Below are positions 61,018 through 64,000 of a stretch of 64,000 nt of DNA, in pieces. A program made the translations under genes and the position numbers. Origin of the DNA: Opitutia bacterium (GTDB lineage Bacteria; Verrucomicrobiota; Verrucomicrobiia; Opitutales; T3Sed10-336); contig JBJHCF010000006.1 in the NCBI GenBank assembly GCA_050506795.1, positions 1-64,000 on the forward strand, written 5' to 3'. The notes below the pieces were generated by a model. It was not told the origin of the DNA and did no database searches. It worked only from the letters and a program-made list of their open reading frames with translations. How positions within the stretch are numbered: the first letter of the stretch is position 1; each line of letters starts with the position of its first letter.

Positions 61018-62004
61018 ATGAAGCATCAAAACACTTTAGGGGGAATTATCACTCCATTGGTCACTCCTTTGTTGGCCGAGGACTCTTTGGATCAGAAGGG
61101 ACTCGATGCCTTGATTGAGCATGTTTTGGGAGGTGGAGTCCGGGGTATTTTCCTGTTGGGTACGACCGGTGAAGGGCCGAGCTTGAGCTATCGGCTTCGT
61201 CATGAGGTGGTGCAACGAGTCTGTCAGCATGTGAGTGGACGGGCACCGCTTTTGATCGGAGTCACGGACACCGCGATTACGGAATCCTTGGCACTAGCGC
61301 GCACGGCTGTCGAATCGGGAGCTGACTACCTGGTATTAGCTCCTCCCTACTATTCGCCAATGAACCAGCCGGACCTAATGGATTACATTCGGCGTCTGGT
61401 TCCCCGCCTGCCTCTTCCAGTCATGCTCTACAACATTCCAGGATGCACAAAGACCGCTTTTCATGTGGAGACGGTCCGGCGGCTGGCGGATTTACCCGGG
61501 GTGATTGGGCTGAAGGATAGTTCGGGCGACATGATCTACTTTTATCGACTTCTAGAAGCCTTCTCAGACCGTCCGGAATTTCCTCTGTTGCTTGGTCCTG
61601 AGGAGCCGCTGGTTTCGGCTCTGATGATGGGAGCTCACGGTGCTATTTGTGGAGGAAGCAATTTGTATCCGCACCTTTATACGGGGATCACGGATTCGGT
61701 GGCATTGGGAGATTTCGAGAAGGCAAGGGAACTGCATTCGCTCGTATTAAAAGTCCGTGATATAGTCTTCGCGGCCGATTTCGGGGGCTACTATTTGAAG
61801 GGGCTTAAATACGCCTTGGCCCAAGAGGGGTTGTGCAGCGGCTTTATGGCGGAACCCTTTACCTCACTGGTTGATGAGGCAGGAGAGCGCCTAGCTGGGG
61901 ATCTGAAGGATCTGACGTCGGAGATCGCGGTGACCCTGTTGGCATCCCGGCAGTCGGAAATTGAAGAAAGGACAGCGGGAGTAGACGGGAGGGGCCATCT
62001 ATGA
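61018..62004 (+). CDS. DHDPS/NAL family aldolase or dehydratase
   Basis: GTTGEG; LYNIP; GLKDSSGD (Schiff-base Lys). Confidence 0.92.
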   Translation: MKHQNTLGGIITPLVTPLLAEDSLDQKGLDALIEHVLGGGVRGIFLLGTTGEGPSLSYRLRHEVVQRVCQHVSGRAPLLIGVTDTAITESLALARTAVESGADYLVLAPPYYSPMNQPDLMDYIRRLVPRLPLPVMLYNIPGCTKTAFHVETVRRLADLPGVIGLKDSSGDMIYFYRLLEAFSDRPEFPLLLGPEEPLVSALMMGAHGAICGGSNLYPHLYTGITDSVALGDFEKARELHSLVLKVRDIVFAADFGGYYLKGLKYALAQEGLCSGFMAEPFTSLVDEAGERLAGDLKDLTSEIAVTLLASRQSEIEERTAGVDGRGHL

Positions 62005-62831
62005 GAGAGCCCTGGTTGGTCTATCGCACCGGAGAGGGCGTGATCCTTGAGTGGAATGGGTCACATCGCGTGTTGGCGGATGATGCCTTCGAGGAACTCT
62101 TCCGAACGGGCGACGCTGGCGCATTGAAGAGGGCGTCGTATACGCCATATTCCGCGCCGGACCCAGCGAATCTTTCTCAGCCTATTTCCAGGCTGGAAGT
62201 CTGGGCCGCGGGGGTTACCTATCTCCAGAGCAGGACAGCCCGGATGGAGGATTCCCGGGGGGCCGGTGGCGGTAATTATTACGACCAGGTGTATGAGGCC
62301 AAGCGACCGGAGCTTTTTTTCAAGACTATGCCTCACCGGATTGTCGGCCATAGGCAATTTGTAAGAATCTGTTCTGATTCGGATTGGAACGTCCCGGAGC
62401 CCGAGCTCACGTTGGCCATTACCGGAAATGGAAAGCTATTTTGTTACACCATCGGCAATGATATGAGTTCCTGGGATATTGAGGGAGTGAACCCATTATA
62501 TCTCCCTCAGGCCAATGTCTACAAGGGATGCGCGGCGCTTGGGCCGGGCATCTATCTGTCGAGCGAACCACTTGATCCGGATTCTGGAATCGCGATGGAA
62601 ATTCGGCGGAACGGAACCGTGGTCTTTGAGGGCGGGACGAAAATCAGGGAGATCAAGCGAACCTTTGACTCGTTGATCGAGTATCTCTTTCGCGACAATG
62701 AGTTTCCAGCAGGGTGTTTTTTGATGAGCGGGATCGGGGGCATACCTCCAGATGAATTTTCTCTGCGGAGCGGAGACGAGATATCTATCACTATTAAGCC
62801 AATTGGCACGTTGGTGAATTATGTATTATGA
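62001..62831 (+). CDS. FAH family 2-keto-3-deoxypentonate dehydratase-like (KdaD/XylX), possibly inactive
   Basis: EVWAAGVTY..RMED; RPELFFK; WNVPEPEL; GNDMSS.DIEG.NPLYLPQA. Confidence 0.85.
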   Translation: MREPWLVYRTGEGVILEWNGSHRVLADDAFEELFRTGDAGALKRASYTPYSAPDPANLSQPISRLEVWAAGVTYLQSRTARMEDSRGAGGGNYYDQVYEAKRPELFFKTMPHRIVGHRQFVRICSDSDWNVPEPELTLAITGNGKLFCYTIGNDMSSWDIEGVNPLYLPQANVYKGCAALGPGIYLSSEPLDPDSGIAMEIRRNGTVVFEGGTKIREIKRTFDSLIEYLFRDNEFPAGCFLMSGIGGIPPDEFSLRSGDEISITIKPIGTLVNYVL

Positions 62832-63394
62832 ATCCATTACACCTTCACGGGAAGAGTTTGATTGTCCGCAGGAAGGTTGGACAAGGATCGACATTCAGAG
62901 CGGCCAGGCCAATCAGCGAAGCAAAGTTGGACGGGGAATTTCATTACGCCTCCCAGGGAGGCGTTGATGCTGCCAGCCGAGCGGAAGCGAAGGCATTTGA
63001 ATTCTGTCGCGCACCCTGGCCGAGCGAGCGAGGAGTTTTTATGGAGCGCATTGCACAGGAGAATTTGGCGAATGGAGATACCGTGATCAAGCGGGCACAT
63101 ATGGAGACTGGATTGCCCCAGCAGCGGTCTTCCGGTGAGCGGATGCGGATCGTCAATCAGTTGCGTCTCTTTGCCGAAAACATCCGTGAGGGGTCGTGGG
63201 TGGACCCCCGAATCGACCATGCGCAGTTCGACCGGAAACTTTTGCCTAAGCCGGACGTATGCCGACTGCTTCAGCACGGTATTACTGCGTCCTTTCCGCA
63301 GTCGTGGCTCGCGTCCGAGTTGAAGGATAACAATCCGCTCGATATCATGCGGCTGGTGAACGGAAGGCTTACGCGAGAATCCCACAGGGCATGA
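62828..63394 (+). pseudogene. NADP-dependent aldehyde (KGSA) dehydrogenase with in-frame internal deletion
   Basis: The N-terminus (ETGLP..GERMR..QLRLFA..RID..PKPD) is joined to the C-terminus (FPQ..ELKDNNPL..RLVNG); catalytic core missing. Confidence 0.82.
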
Positions 63395-64000
63395 ATATAC
63401 CGAAAGAACCTCCGTTGCGACAGACCTGGCCTTCCCCCCGGGAGCCGCTGCCGATTGTTTTGGTCGGCGCCGGCGCTGTAGTTTCGGGATCTCATCTTCC
63501 GGCTTATGAAAGGGCCGGTTATTCGGTCGCGTCTATCTTTGATATCGAGCGGGATCGGGCTTCCCGCGTGGCACAAGAGTTTGGGATTCCGCGAGTGCTG
63601 GAAAGTTTGGAGGAGGCATTCTCTTTTCGTGATTGTGTTTTCGATATCGCTGTGCCCCCTGAAGAACTTCTGGGAGTGCTCGCTGAGGCGCCGGAGAATA
63701 GTATTGTGCTGATGCAGAAACCGATGGGGGAAAACTTATCGCAAGCGCGAATGATCCGGAAGCTTTGTCACGCGAAACGACTGACAGCGGCCGTAAATTT
63801 TCAATTTCGCTTTAGCAGTCTAATGCTGGCCATCCGTGATGCGATTGACAGAGGATGGCTTGGCACGATCACTGAACTTGAATTTAGGCTCAATTTGAGG
63901 ACGCCGTGGGAAGTGTTTCCGTTCTGCAAACACCGAGATCGTTTGGAGATTCAGATTCACACCGTTCACTACCTCGATTGTACCCGGGCTTTAATTGGGG
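63391..64000 (+). CDS. Gfo/Idh/MocA oxidoreductase (runs off window)
   Basis: Translated by hand: IVLVGAGAVV..HLPAY..FDIAVPP..LMQKPMG..AVNFQFRF..HTVHYLD; ATGA overlap with the previous ORF. Confidence 0.88.
   Translation, partial: MNIPKEPPLRQTWPSPREPLPIVLVGAGAVVSGSHLPAYERAGYSVASIFDIERDRASRVAQEFGIPRVLESLEEAFSFRDCVFDIAVPPEELLGVLAEAPENSIVLMQKPMGENLSQARMIRKLCHAKRLTAAVNFQFRFSSLMLAIRDAIDRGWLGTITELEFRLNLRTPWEVFPFCKHRDRLEIQIHTVHYLDCTRALIG

Noticed and set aside
61018..62004. Calling the gene dapA or nanA
   Set aside because: Family motifs do not fix the substrate; the context is catabolic and lacks other nan genes.
1..64000. CRISPR array, rRNA, intact tRNA, intact transposase or reverse transcriptase
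   Set aside because: None seen; the repeats are dispersed hairpins or coding duplications, not regularly spaced repeat-spacer units.

Overview
GC-rich bacterial DNA with the hallmarks of a Verrucomicrobiota (Opitutales/Puniceicoccales-like) genome: PEP-CTERM proteins, GFTLIELL prepilin proteins with an H-X9-DG-type tail, many sulfatases, and a conserved C-terminal domain on large secreted proteins. The taxon is inferred from gene content only. There are three zones. (1) 1-19855 is a decayed accessory/defence island ending at a tRNA(Leu-like) 3' fragment (att) that overlaps an integrase remnant. It holds GTAG REP hairpins, a toxin-antitoxin pair, an intact SauUSI-like PLD-helicase-DUF3427 gene with its NUDIX partner, an intact NucS-like nuclease, two large surface proteins and many chimeric gene scraps. 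(2) 19913-41114 is a seven-sulfatase cluster. A 15-bp operator found three times links it to a LacI regulator, a PEP-CTERM gene and a pilin-like gene, and it includes a 1662-aa surface protein. (3) 46061-64000 is a second pilin-headed glycan locus: a LamG surface protein, four BNR propellers, an (alpha/alpha)6 glycosidase, an SSS symporter, GntR, LacI, an aldolase and a partly decaying non-phosphorylative sugar-acid pathway. The best candidates for an undescribed system are these SusC/SusD-free, pilin-centred glycan utilisation loci and the shared C-terminal sorting-like domain. All family assignments come from motif recognition by eye; no database searches were run.
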